IMG/VR virus record: IMGVR_UViG_3300027808_000098
Location: 1-32,577 of that record
From: a virus
Taxonomy: Duplodnaviria; Caudoviricetes
Reading direction: 5' to 3' (one strand)
DNA length: 32,577 bases
The notes under the pieces are model-generated. The model was not told where the DNA came from. It saw only the letters and a program-made list of their open reading frames with translations, and searched no databases. This document shows positions 26,431 through 32,577 of the stretch, piece by piece (positions within the stretch are counted from its first letter, which is position 1; each line of letters starts with the position of its first letter). The translations under genes and the position numbers were made by a program.

Positions 26431-26710
26431 TTTCCAACTCCTTGCGTAGGTTCTCTACGTTTGCTTCGTGGATGATTAAACTCACGCCTCCTGCGCCACG
26501 AATGTCCGCAAGATGCTTTTCCTGTAATGCAGTGGTCTTCCCACCGTTTGCCTTGCACTCTACCGCCACGAACTTGCCGTGGTGACAGATCAAAAAGTCC
26601 GGTACGCCGCTCGAACCATACCCGCCGGTCGCAGGCATGGCGTAGTACGCGCCCAGTTCAGCGAGTATCCGCTTCACCTTCACTTTGACCCTAGCCTCGG
26701 GGGTCATCAA
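26387..26710 (-). CDS. VRR-NUC domain nuclease
   Basis: TPEARVK...GVPDFL...FVAVECKA...TTALQ...I..AGG signature. Confidence 0.88.
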   Translation of the reverse strand: MMTPEARVKVKVKRILAELGAYYAMPATGGYGSSGVPDFLICHHGKFVAVECKANGGKTTALQEKHLADIRGAGGVSLIIHEANVENLRKELENVYEYKDPSVFGEG

Positions 26711-27000
26711 TACCGCCCTGCGTAATCCGGCTGATCAAAATGTGGTCGCAGCGCGTTGCTCTCTTTGACGATGGCTAATGCCTCATCGTATATGTCGCAG
26801 TTCGCATCAAACGGTAGCAGAACCGGCGTGTCGAGTTCGCAAAACCCTGCCGGAGCCTTTTCAGTTTTCGGCGTCCACACGGCAAGCAGAAAAACCTGCT
26901 CGATGTCAACCTCGCCACCTCCAAGACCACGTTCGCACTCTGCGCCAACCTCAACCTTGATGCCCGACAGCATCGTTTCAAAAACCGTGTCGTACGACAT
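26707..27000 (-). CDS. Hypothetical protein
   Basis: 97 aa, AGGAGG RBS, first gene after the candidate promoter at 27056-27061. Confidence 0.6.
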   Translation of the reverse strand: MSYDTVFETMLSGIKVEVGAECERGLGGGEVDIEQVFLLAVWTPKTEKAPAGFCELDTPVLLPFDANCDIYDEALAIVKESNALRPHFDQPDYAGRY

Positions 27001-27029
27001 TTCTGTATCCTCCTGTCCACCATCTATCC

Positions 27030-27061
27030 ACCATATAACAATGTTTCTTTACAACTGTCAA
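27030..27061 (-). promoter_or_regulatory. Candidate sigma70 promoter containing a shared 15-bp motif
   Basis: TTGACA (27056-27061) followed by GTTGTAAAGAAACATTG and TTATATGGT; the -10 element is imperfect. Confidence 0.5.
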
Positions 27062-27065
27062 GCAC

Positions 27066-27284
27066 CTAGAACGGCGCGTAGGGGCGGGGTTGCTTCGGCT
27101 CGTCGAGCTGCAATTCGAGCTGCAATTCAAGCTGCGGCGGTCGCATCCACCACTCACGCAGTTCGTAGAACTCGTGCTCGTAGTCGAGCATTTGTTGGCG
27201 AATCCACGCCTCGTCGCTGTCAATCGGAACCCACCAATCTTTCGGGATCTCGTTCGTCTCGTTCGTCTCGTTCGGCTCGTTCAT
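27066..27284 (-). CDS. Small acidic hypothetical protein with NET and LELQ micro-repeats
   Basis: 72 aa, ATGA-coupled; 9-bp repeat at 27248-27282 and 12-bp repeat at 27107-27135. Confidence 0.55.
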   Translation of the reverse strand: MNEPNETNETNEIPKDWWVPIDSDEAWIRQQMLDYEHEFYELREWWMRPPQLELQLELQLDEPKQPRPYAPF

Positions 27285-27397
27285 CGCTGCAACTCCATTA
27301 AAATTTGTAACTGCTCATTCATCACTCGGATGATGTTGGCCTGTGCTGCAATCACCGCTTGCAACGCGGCGATGTAGTCGAGATCGGTTTTATTCAT
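27281..27397 (-). CDS. Small helical protein (38 aa, absent from ORF track)
   Basis: MNKTDLDYIAALQAVIAAQANIIRVMNEQLQILMELQR; ATGA overlaps at both ends. Confidence 0.55.
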   Translation of the reverse strand: MNKTDLDYIAALQAVIAAQANIIRVMNEQLQILMELQR

Positions 27398-27582
27398 GCT
27401 CGCATCCTCAACTCTTTCAATACGCGTTTCTTGCACCGTTCAACCTCAAGCTCGGTCATGCCGACCGAAAGCTGTTCTGCGAGTTCCACAACTACAGTCG
27501 AATGCGCGTCTGATGGAGCCGTGATCGCAAGCATTAGCGCAAGCACCAAAGCATCGTGCGGGGTTTTCGGTAACTCGGTCAT
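27394..27582 (-). CDS. Small hypothetical protein
   Basis: 62 aa, GAGGAGG RBS, ATGA coupling. Confidence 0.65.
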   Translation of the reverse strand: MTELPKTPHDALVLALMLAITAPSDAHSTVVVELAEQLSVGMTELEVERCKKRVLKELRMRA

Positions 27583-27776
27583 GCGTTGTCCTCCTCGCCG
27601 ACGGTATCCTCGTACTCAGTCCGCAGCTCCTCCTCGTCCATGTGGCTGTACCCGATAAAGCCCAGCTCTAGGTAGTCGCCAAGCAGCCCAGTATCGCCAT
27701 GCAGCATTGCTTCGCGGATGTAATTAATCGCTTCAAGCGTCAACGCCTCAATCATTTCTTCGCGTGTCTTGGTCAT
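27579..27776 (-). CDS. Small acidic hypothetical protein
   Basis: 65 aa, GFIGYSHMDEEELRTEY; GAGGAGG RBS, ATGA coupling. Confidence 0.65.
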   Translation of the reverse strand: MTKTREEMIEALTLEAINYIREAMLHGDTGLLGDYLELGFIGYSHMDEEELRTEYEDTVGEEDNA

Positions 27777-27952
27777 GCCTCGTCCTCCTCGATGTGTATA
27801 GCCTCTTGTTCAATCCGCTCATACTCACCCGTGATCTCCACGCATTTTTGAAATTCCCTATGCGCGGCAGCACACGCGTCGTCAATGTTCCTCGCCTCGA
27901 CAACCAAAATATTGGTCACGGTCGCACGAATGGTTACTTTGTAAGCCTTCAT
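27773..27952 (-). CDS. DpnD/PcfM-like small protein, paralog B (59 aa, absent from ORF track)
   Basis: MKAYKVTIRATVTNILVVEARNIDDACAAAHREF...; Y-x-V-x-I...VEA.+..A pattern. Confidence 0.65.
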   Translation of the reverse strand: MKAYKVTIRATVTNILVVEARNIDDACAAAHREFQKCVEITGEYERIEQEAIHIEEDEA

Positions 27953-28089
27953 GCCTCGTCCTCCCAGTCAAATGCAGTTAAAACCTCGTAGACAACAAAC
28001 AGCGAAAGTTTTAGGGAGTCGGCAATCTCTTTCTCTTTCATACCGTCCCGGTAGTACATCGTCAGGATTTGCAGGTCTGTGTCGTTCAT
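27949..28089 (-). CDS. Tiny sigma70-region-4-like HTH protein (46 aa, absent from ORF track)
   Basis: MNDTDLQILTMYYRDGMKEKEIADSLKLSLFVVYEVLTAFDWEDEA; I..+.Y..G+...EIA..L.+S...V pattern. Confidence 0.6.
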   Translation of the reverse strand: MNDTDLQILTMYYRDGMKEKEIADSLKLSLFVVYEVLTAFDWEDEA

Positions 28090-28286
28090 ACCTCGTCCTC
28101 CTTGTTTTTGTAAGTGTGCCAAGGACTGTCGCAGTTACCCAAAATCTCGTCGTCGGTCATCTCTTGCAGTCTGCACACGATGGCGTGACGCAGCTCTTGC
28201 CCCGTGACCTCGCCTTCCGGCGAGTCGTTCTCCAGCTCGAAACCGAAAGCGAACGCGTGGTTGAACCGCGCCATACTCTTGCTCAT
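28086..28286 (-). CDS. Small acidic hypothetical protein
   Basis: 66 aa, FNHAFAFGFEL..GEVTGQELRHAI; GGAGG RBS, ATGA coupling. Confidence 0.65.
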   Translation of the reverse strand: MSKSMARFNHAFAFGFELENDSPEGEVTGQELRHAIVCRLQEMTDDEILGNCDSPWHTYKNKEDEV

Positions 28287-28480
28287 GCGACCTCCCGCTT
28301 TTCTTCAACATCATTGATAAAGTCCTCGGCGTGGACGCATCCAATATCTTTAAAGGCTCCGTCGCCTTCTGCCCATTTGTCTACGGCGATATCGTGCGCC
28401 TTCTCCGGCGTGTCGGCTTCGACTTCAATCTGATATACGCGATGTTCTACACGGGACAGCGAGACTATATAGCGGCTCAT
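28283..28480 (-). CDS. DpnD/PcfM-like small protein (diverged third member)
   Basis: MSRYIVSLSRVEHRVYQIEVEADTPEKAHDIA; same Y-x-V...VEA..A pattern. Confidence 0.6.
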   Translation of the reverse strand: MSRYIVSLSRVEHRVYQIEVEADTPEKAHDIAVDKWAEGDGAFKDIGCVHAEDFINDVEEKREVA

Positions 28481-28794
28481 GCCCTATCCTCCCCACCAAA
28501 ACTAGCTGCGTCATCGAACTCGTCATTCGTGTACAGGTCGAAAGCGTCCTCTTCTCCCAAATGCTCGACCACTTGATACACCACGCGCTCACAGGCGTGT
28601 CGCGTCGATCTGCGCGACCATCGCTGCTCGTTGCAGCCGACGATCCAGACCCACCCGCTATTAACTTGGCTGGCGTAGCCGTTGTAGGTCTCCACGCGAT
28701 CACGAATCTGCTGCTCGTAGTCGCGCTCCGTTTCTTCAGTCTCGTGACCCCATTCACCAAAACGCTCATCGAATTGCACGATTTCATTTTTCAT
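28477..28794 (-). CDS. Acidic hypothetical protein
   Basis: 105 aa, AAGGAG RBS, ATGA coupling. Confidence 0.65.
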   Translation of the reverse strand: MKNEIVQFDERFGEWGHETEETERDYEQQIRDRVETYNGYASQVNSGWVWIVGCNEQRWSRRSTRHACERVVYQVVEHLGEEDAFDLYTNDEFDDAASFGGEDRA

Positions 28795-28964
28795 GACTTG
28801 CTCTCCTTTATGTCTACGAGATCCTGCTCATAGTTTTCATCATCGCCGTCACACAAAACACTGAAGCCATCAGATGCGACTTCGTATGCGTCATCCTCGT
28901 TCTCCGCCTCGACCGTCAGCGTCTTGGTCACGGTCGCACGAATCGTTACTTTGTAAGTCTTCAT
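28791..28964 (-). CDS. DpnD/PcfM-like small protein, paralog A (57 aa, absent from ORF track)
   Basis: MKTYKVTIRATVTKTLTVEAENEDDAYEVASDGFSVLCDGDDENYEQDLVDIKESKS; GAGGA RBS; first gene after the promoter. Confidence 0.65.
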   Translation of the reverse strand: MKTYKVTIRATVTKTLTVEAENEDDAYEVASDGFSVLCDGDDENYEQDLVDIKESKS

Positions 28965-29017
28965 GACTTGTCCTCGTTTAGTTGGTTAGTTAGTCAATGT
29001 TTCTTTACAGTGTTTAC

Positions 29018-29046
29018 ACACTATCGGAGCGTTCGCACCCTGTCAA
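29018..29046 (-). promoter_or_regulatory. Sigma70-like promoter
   Basis: TTGACA (29041-29046), 17-bp spacer, TAGTGT (29018-29023), with A-tracts upstream. Confidence 0.7.
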
Positions 29047-29087
29047 TACGCCAAACTCACTTTTTTCAATCTTTTTTGGCGGAGCGG

Positions 29088-29172
29088 TCGCACCTAGTTT
29101 TTCCCGGTCTTGCTCGCACCTAGTTTTTCCCGGTCTTGCTCGCACATAGTTTTTCCCGGTCTCGCTCGCACC
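29088..29172. repeat. 26-bp tandem direct repeat, about 3.3 copies
   Basis: TCGCACCTAGTTTTTCCCGGTCTTGC at 29088 and 29114 (identical), 29140 (2 mismatches), partial copy at 29166. Confidence 0.95.
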
Positions 29173-29189
29173 CTGCCGGATTTACCGGT

Positions 29190-29405
29190 TTATCGCGCCA
29201 TTTGCTGCAGCCATTCCCAAAAGGCTCGCCGGGACAACATAACAGCCCCGCACCCACTCGCCGCGTACCCCCGGGACAGGTTCGCACCGTACCGGCCCGC
29301 AATCCTCGCCGCTCGCACGGGATTCGGTGCCCGCCCGCCTTGTTTTCGCTGCAGATATGCGCCCGCCACCATCCGGTCCCATCGCCCCAAGTGGTGCGCG
29401 GTCAT
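29190..29405 (-). CDS. Small basic hypothetical protein
   Basis: 71 aa, ATGA overlap with the Gp88-like gene stop. Confidence 0.45.
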   Translation of the reverse strand: MTAHHLGRWDRMVAGAYLQRKQGGRAPNPVRAARIAGRYGANLSRGYAASGCGAVMLSRRAFWEWLQQMAR

Positions 29406-30064
29406 GCCGCCACCTGTTCGCGGATCACTTTTAGCATCGATCTGCCGTGTGCCAGATACGCGACGACGGGCACGGCCTTGTCATAGCACGCCCGACAAGG
29501 TCCGCACTTTCCTGCATTGGTCGCCGCGTGGCATAGCGTCGCCCCGCCCGGTACCGCATCAATGGCCGGGACAATAGTTGAACCATGCACGCCGGGAGTG
29601 TATTCGCCCATAACAGAATCCGAAGAAGGTCGGACCATCACATTAGATAACGCTTGCATCCTCGCGAGCACTTTCGCGAATTTTGAGAATTTATGCATGC
29701 GGGTCGGCAACCAATGCCGAACCCACGAGGTGCGCGTCATTACTTCTAGAATCTTTTCGGCGAGACCTACCGCGTACATATCGCCCGAATCGAACCACCT
29801 GAAATAGCGGTCGCGGTCTAGCTCGGCGACCATATCGGCGACCCATTCGGGGCGTTTCCAATCTTCGCGATTTTCAACGCGTGGGAGTTTTACATTCGGG
29901 TACCGGTAATTACCCCCGACCGCGTAGCATCCGGCACACGCGGCAACCAGTGAACCATCCGCGCCAATCGATCCCGGACAAGTGTCACGGGCGACAAGTG
30001 ACCATGAGCGCACCCCGTCAAGCTTCGATGTTTTCGATATTCTGAGCATTGTCGTTTTCTCCAA
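29402..30064 (-). CDS. Gp88-family protein (Cys-rich, radical-SAM-like)
   Basis: SKTSKL...SWSL..TCPG...CAGCYA, YFRWFDSGD, HWLPTR, C-terminal CHA..GKCGPCRAC. Alternative ATG start at MLRISK. Confidence 0.75.
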   Translation of the reverse strand: MEKTTMLRISKTSKLDGVRSWSLVARDTCPGSIGADGSLVAACAGCYAVGGNYRYPNVKLPRVENREDWKRPEWVADMVAELDRDRYFRWFDSGDMYAVGLAEKILEVMTRTSWVRHWLPTRMHKFSKFAKVLARMQALSNVMVRPSSDSVMGEYTPGVHGSTIVPAIDAVPGGATLCHAATNAGKCGPCRACYDKAVPVVAYLAHGRSMLKVIREQVAA

Positions 30065-30073
30065 TGTAGATGT

Positions 30074-30970
30074 TTAGGCCGCGACAGCTAGCGGGGCCGC
30101 GTCAGCTTTTTGCGCGTTACAGATGTAATCTGCGGCCTTTTGAGCATCGCTAGCGGCCCGGACGATAGCGCGGGAATCCGTTTTTAATACTTTTAACCAA
30201 TGCGCCAAATATTGCGCGTGATCCGCCCGGGGTGAATTGGTTATGCCCAGTTGAGCACATAAAAACGCGGCCCCAAGTTCCGCCACGAGCTCTTCACCCG
30301 CGTATGCCTCATCTCCGAAACGCTTAGACCGTGTGAAGTCCCGCGATAAACGCGAAGTGTGCCCGGTCCAATGGGCGAGCTCGTGCAAGGCCGTAGAATA
30401 ATATGCCTCAGTTGCCGTACTCGTTTCGGTCCCGATGAAAGCATCACGCGGCGGCAGGTGTATGCAATCAGTAGAAGGCCGATAAAAGGCGCGGGACCCG
30501 CTATGCGTGATTTTCGCCCCAGTCGCTGCGATAGCATCATCAGCCCGGCGAACCCGGTCGGTAAGGTCCACGCGGGGCGCGGCATCGGGCGTGCTGTACC
30601 CGTCAACCTGCGCCGCGTTGAATAGGAAAAACGCACGGCCTAATCGTGCCGTTTTCGTTTCGCCGGTTTCAGCATCCTCACGAGCCGTCACACTGTAGTA
30701 AATACCCGTCGTGGCCTTTTCGCTTTTACGGACTTGGGCGCCCATCGCGGCCCATTGTTTATAGGTCGCCCATCGGGTGGATTCGTACCCCTTACCCATC
30801 GCAGCGGCCCATAGCATAAGTACATTGGACCCCCTGTAATCGGTCCCTGTCAGCGCATTGTGCGGGATACCCCCGTCGGTACTGGCGCGATGCCATGGCA
30901 TCCGAAATTCACCCGCACCGTGTTCAATCCCGGCGACGATACTCGCGGTGATGGTGTCATAGATGGTCAT
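30074..30970 (-). CDS. ardC: ArdC-like antirestriction protein (ssDNA-binding DUF1738 plus zincin MPTase)
   Basis: MPW..PHN..YRGSN, WATYKQW..GAQVRKSEK, FNAAQV, AFYRPSTD.I.LP, YYSTALHELAHWTGH, YAGEELVAELGAAFLC. Confidence 0.93.
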   Translation of the reverse strand: MTIYDTITASIVAGIEHGAGEFRMPWHRASTDGGIPHNALTGTDYRGSNVLMLWAAAMGKGYESTRWATYKQWAAMGAQVRKSEKATTGIYYSVTAREDAETGETKTARLGRAFFLFNAAQVDGYSTPDAAPRVDLTDRVRRADDAIAATGAKITHSGSRAFYRPSTDCIHLPPRDAFIGTETSTATEAYYSTALHELAHWTGHTSRLSRDFTRSKRFGDEAYAGEELVAELGAAFLCAQLGITNSPRADHAQYLAHWLKVLKTDSRAIVRAASDAQKAADYICNAQKADAAPLAVAA

Positions 30971-31149
30971 GTTCGTTCCCCATGGGCCAGAATTAGTGCG
31001 AGGATTCCAAAAAACAGACCCCCGATGAGTCCGGCGTAGGCCGCGAAATTAACCGCCAGCGTCGAATGTGCGGTCGGGATAGCGGGGGCGATCAGGCCCA
31101 GTAAGAGGAACCCGGTTGCGTAGATCGCGATAAAATTGGAAGGTTTCAT
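30967..31149 (-). CDS. Small membrane protein (2 hydrophobic segments)
   Basis: 60 aa, FIAIYATGFLLLGLIA and FAAYAGLIGGLFFGILALILA; coupled to both neighbours. Confidence 0.6.
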   Translation of the reverse strand: MKPSNFIAIYATGFLLLGLIAPAIPTAHSTLAVNFAAYAGLIGGLFFGILALILAHGERT

Positions 31150-31301
31150 TACTTACTCTCCGCGATTGCCATATGGACGAAAAGGGGGACCGATAACAGG
31201 AAAATAGCCGTGCCGAACATATCGCCGCGTGTCGCAAAAAGTGCGCCGGACACTAGTCCGAGGACGGCGAGAACAACTAGAAGAAGTGATCCGATATTCA
31301 T
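31149..31301 (-). CDS. Small membrane protein (50 aa, absent from ORF track)
   Basis: MNIGSLLLVVLAVLGLVSGALFATRGDMFGTAIFLLSVPLFVHMAIAESK; GAGG RBS; TAATG overlap. Confidence 0.6.
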   Translation of the reverse strand: MNIGSLLLVVLAVLGLVSGALFATRGDMFGTAIFLLSVPLFVHMAIAESK

Positions 31302-31326
31302 GTGAACCTCGTTTGTGTTGGTTGGT

Positions 31327-31515
31327 TTAGATGGTTTCGATAGCGATAACAGGCGCGGTGACTTCGACCACTACGCCCATGGCCTTGATATCGCGCAGGT
31401 TAGCCGCGTCAAAAGTCTTCTGCCGGATGAGCGCGGCGAATTGTGCCGCCAACGGGTTCACGGGGTAAAACTTAATACAGCCGTACACGCTGCGCTGCTC
31501 TACTTGGATGGTCAT
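31327..31515 (-). CDS. Small early phage protein
   Basis: 62 aa, VYG..KFYPVN..A..FA.L..QKTF....I..MG motif; GGAG RBS. Confidence 0.7.
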   Translation of the reverse strand: MTIQVEQRSVYGCIKFYPVNPLAAQFAALIRQKTFDAANLRDIKAMGVVVEVTAPVIAIETI

Positions 31516-31537
31516 GTTTCGTTTACTCCGGTGAGGT

Positions 31538-31561
31538 CGGGGCGGTGTTAGTCCCGCCCCG
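31538..31561. other. Intergenic GC hairpin without U-tract
   Basis: CGGGGCGG-tgttagtc-CCGCCCCG, a perfect 8-bp stem. Confidence 0.6.
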
Positions 31562-31566
31562 CGTGG

Positions 31567-31911
31567 TTAGATGATGAGGTCGGCGGTTTCGTCATTGTCG
31601 GTGTGGTCAGCCACGACGGTATCGTCACCGTTATAAACAAGGCTTATTGTCCCGACCTTGCGCCCGTCAGCATCGCGCAGCACTAGTGCATCCTGTTCCG
31701 TCGTGGCAAGTGCCCCGATAATTTCGGCGGCATCGCGGCTACGCTTGACGGTGAATTCTTCACCGTCATACACACTTATGGTGTAATTCTTTGAAATGGC
31801 GCGGCGGACAATGCCGGAAATGATGCGGAATTCTATCGGGGTCATGTGCTCCGGGCGGACGGTGAATGTGCCGCTTGGGGTAACGGGGGTCTCGTTTTTC
31901 ATGGTGTGCAT
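31567..31911 (-). CDS. Hypothetical early protein (first gene of the leftward block)
   Basis: 114 aa, YTISVYDGEE..VKRS..I..ALATT..D.L...G.I.LVYNG...V.DHT; start may be at MKNE. Confidence 0.7.
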   Translation of the reverse strand: MHTMKNETPVTPSGTFTVRPEHMTPIEFRIISGIVRRAISKNYTISVYDGEEFTVKRSRDAAEIIGALATTEQDALVLRDADGRKVGTISLVYNGDDTVVADHTDNDETADLII

Positions 31912-32007
31912 TCCTAGGTGAGTGAATCGACCTAGTTAGTATACATTCCTTTACCTAGGGGAATACAAGCTTTTCCGGTGCCGTAGAGCTACGCGGGGCG
32001 GGGTGCG

Positions 32008-32432
32008 GCTTGTGTCGGGGCGGTGTGCCGCTTGTGTCAGCGAGTCAGAAATGCTGGGACAAAAAAAGCCTAGTAAAAACAAGGGGTTGCGCGTTTCTTG
32101 TGTCAGCTTTTGTGGGGGTTAAGTTAACATATAAAACAAGATATAGGGGGTCAGCGGTTTGTAAGTGATTGATTTCTATTAACTATTTATAGAATAAGTA
32201 TATATAAAAAGAGAGAAAAACCGGGAAAAGTGAAAAACGGACGGGCGGCGGATGTTTTTTAATGCTCTCCGACACTTGCCGCGCCTTTGCCTCGCCTTAC
32301 TTTTCCGCGCTGCATTTCCCGCGCCCTATCCCGTTTTCACTGACACACTAACACAAACCGGGTTTTTGCTTTGTAAATCAAGCACTTGTGTGTCCCGGTC
32401 AAAGAAATACGCTGACACAAGGCTGACACAAG
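32008..32432. repeat. Non-coding region with nested inverted repeats around an AT-rich core
   Basis: CTTGTGTCAGC (32031, 32097) versus GCTGACACAAG (32411, 32422); AAGTGATTGATTT (32163) versus AAATCAAGCACTT (32375); AT-rich core at ~32170-32240. Confidence 0.8.
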
Positions 32433-32483
32433 GTCGAAACTGATCTAGTCACCGCCCCCGCGCCCCTTGCCCGACCCCGCGCC

Positions 32484-32570
32484 GCCCGCCTTGCCCGCCT
32501 TGCCCGCCTTGCCCGCCTTGCCTACTCACCCCCGCGCCGCCCGCCGCCCGCCGCCCGCCGCCCGCCGCCC
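32484..32570. repeat. GC-rich short tandem repeats
   Basis: GCCCGCCTT x4 (32484-32519) and several copies of the GCCCGCC 7-mer (~32536-32570). Confidence 0.85.
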
Positions 32571-32577
32571 GGTAATC

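Noticed and set aside
27912-28965. Diversity-generating retroelement TR/VR pair
   Set aside because: No reverse transcriptase in the window, the repeat is only 42 bp at gene 5' ends, and the two mismatches are not adenine-specific.
29088-29172. Mini-CRISPR array
   Set aside because: Repeats are head-to-tail with no unique spacers, and no cas genes are present.
32252-32443. 63-aa ORF in the right-end region
   Set aside because: It overlaps the repeat architecture, lacks a clear RBS and has no protein-like features.
1-32577. Stop-codon reassignment or a prophage boundary
   Set aside because: Genes tile densely under the standard code, and no host genes, integrase or att-like junction are visible.

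Overview
This is a 32.6 kb segment of a tailed dsDNA bacteriophage (Caudoviricetes, podovirus-like organisation) with two convergent gene blocks. The + strand (1-13543) holds the end of the virion module: a 5'-truncated AxGG-motif protein, a GNAT-like gene, two putative ejection proteins and a 2644-aa polyvalent protein. That giant protein has an internal L,D-transpeptidase (YkuD)-like domain bracketed by a 54-bp direct repeat, an HExxH zincin motif and an LPD38-like C-terminus. The - strand (13540-31911) holds the replication and early genes: primase/DUF927 helicase, HTH, putative SSB, SNF2 helicase, two PD-(D/E)XK nucleases, a family A DNA polymerase (Leu762 type), DUF3310, VRR-NUC, a chain of translationally coupled micro-ORFs, Gp88 and ArdC. 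Non-coding features are a structured ~170-nt region upstream of the helicase, a 26-bp tandem array next to a sigma70-like promoter, a 15-bp motif shared by two promoter regions, and a repeat-rich region at the right end. No integrase, terminase, capsid, tRNA or CRISPR array is visible. All family calls come from motif recognition by eye, not from database searches.
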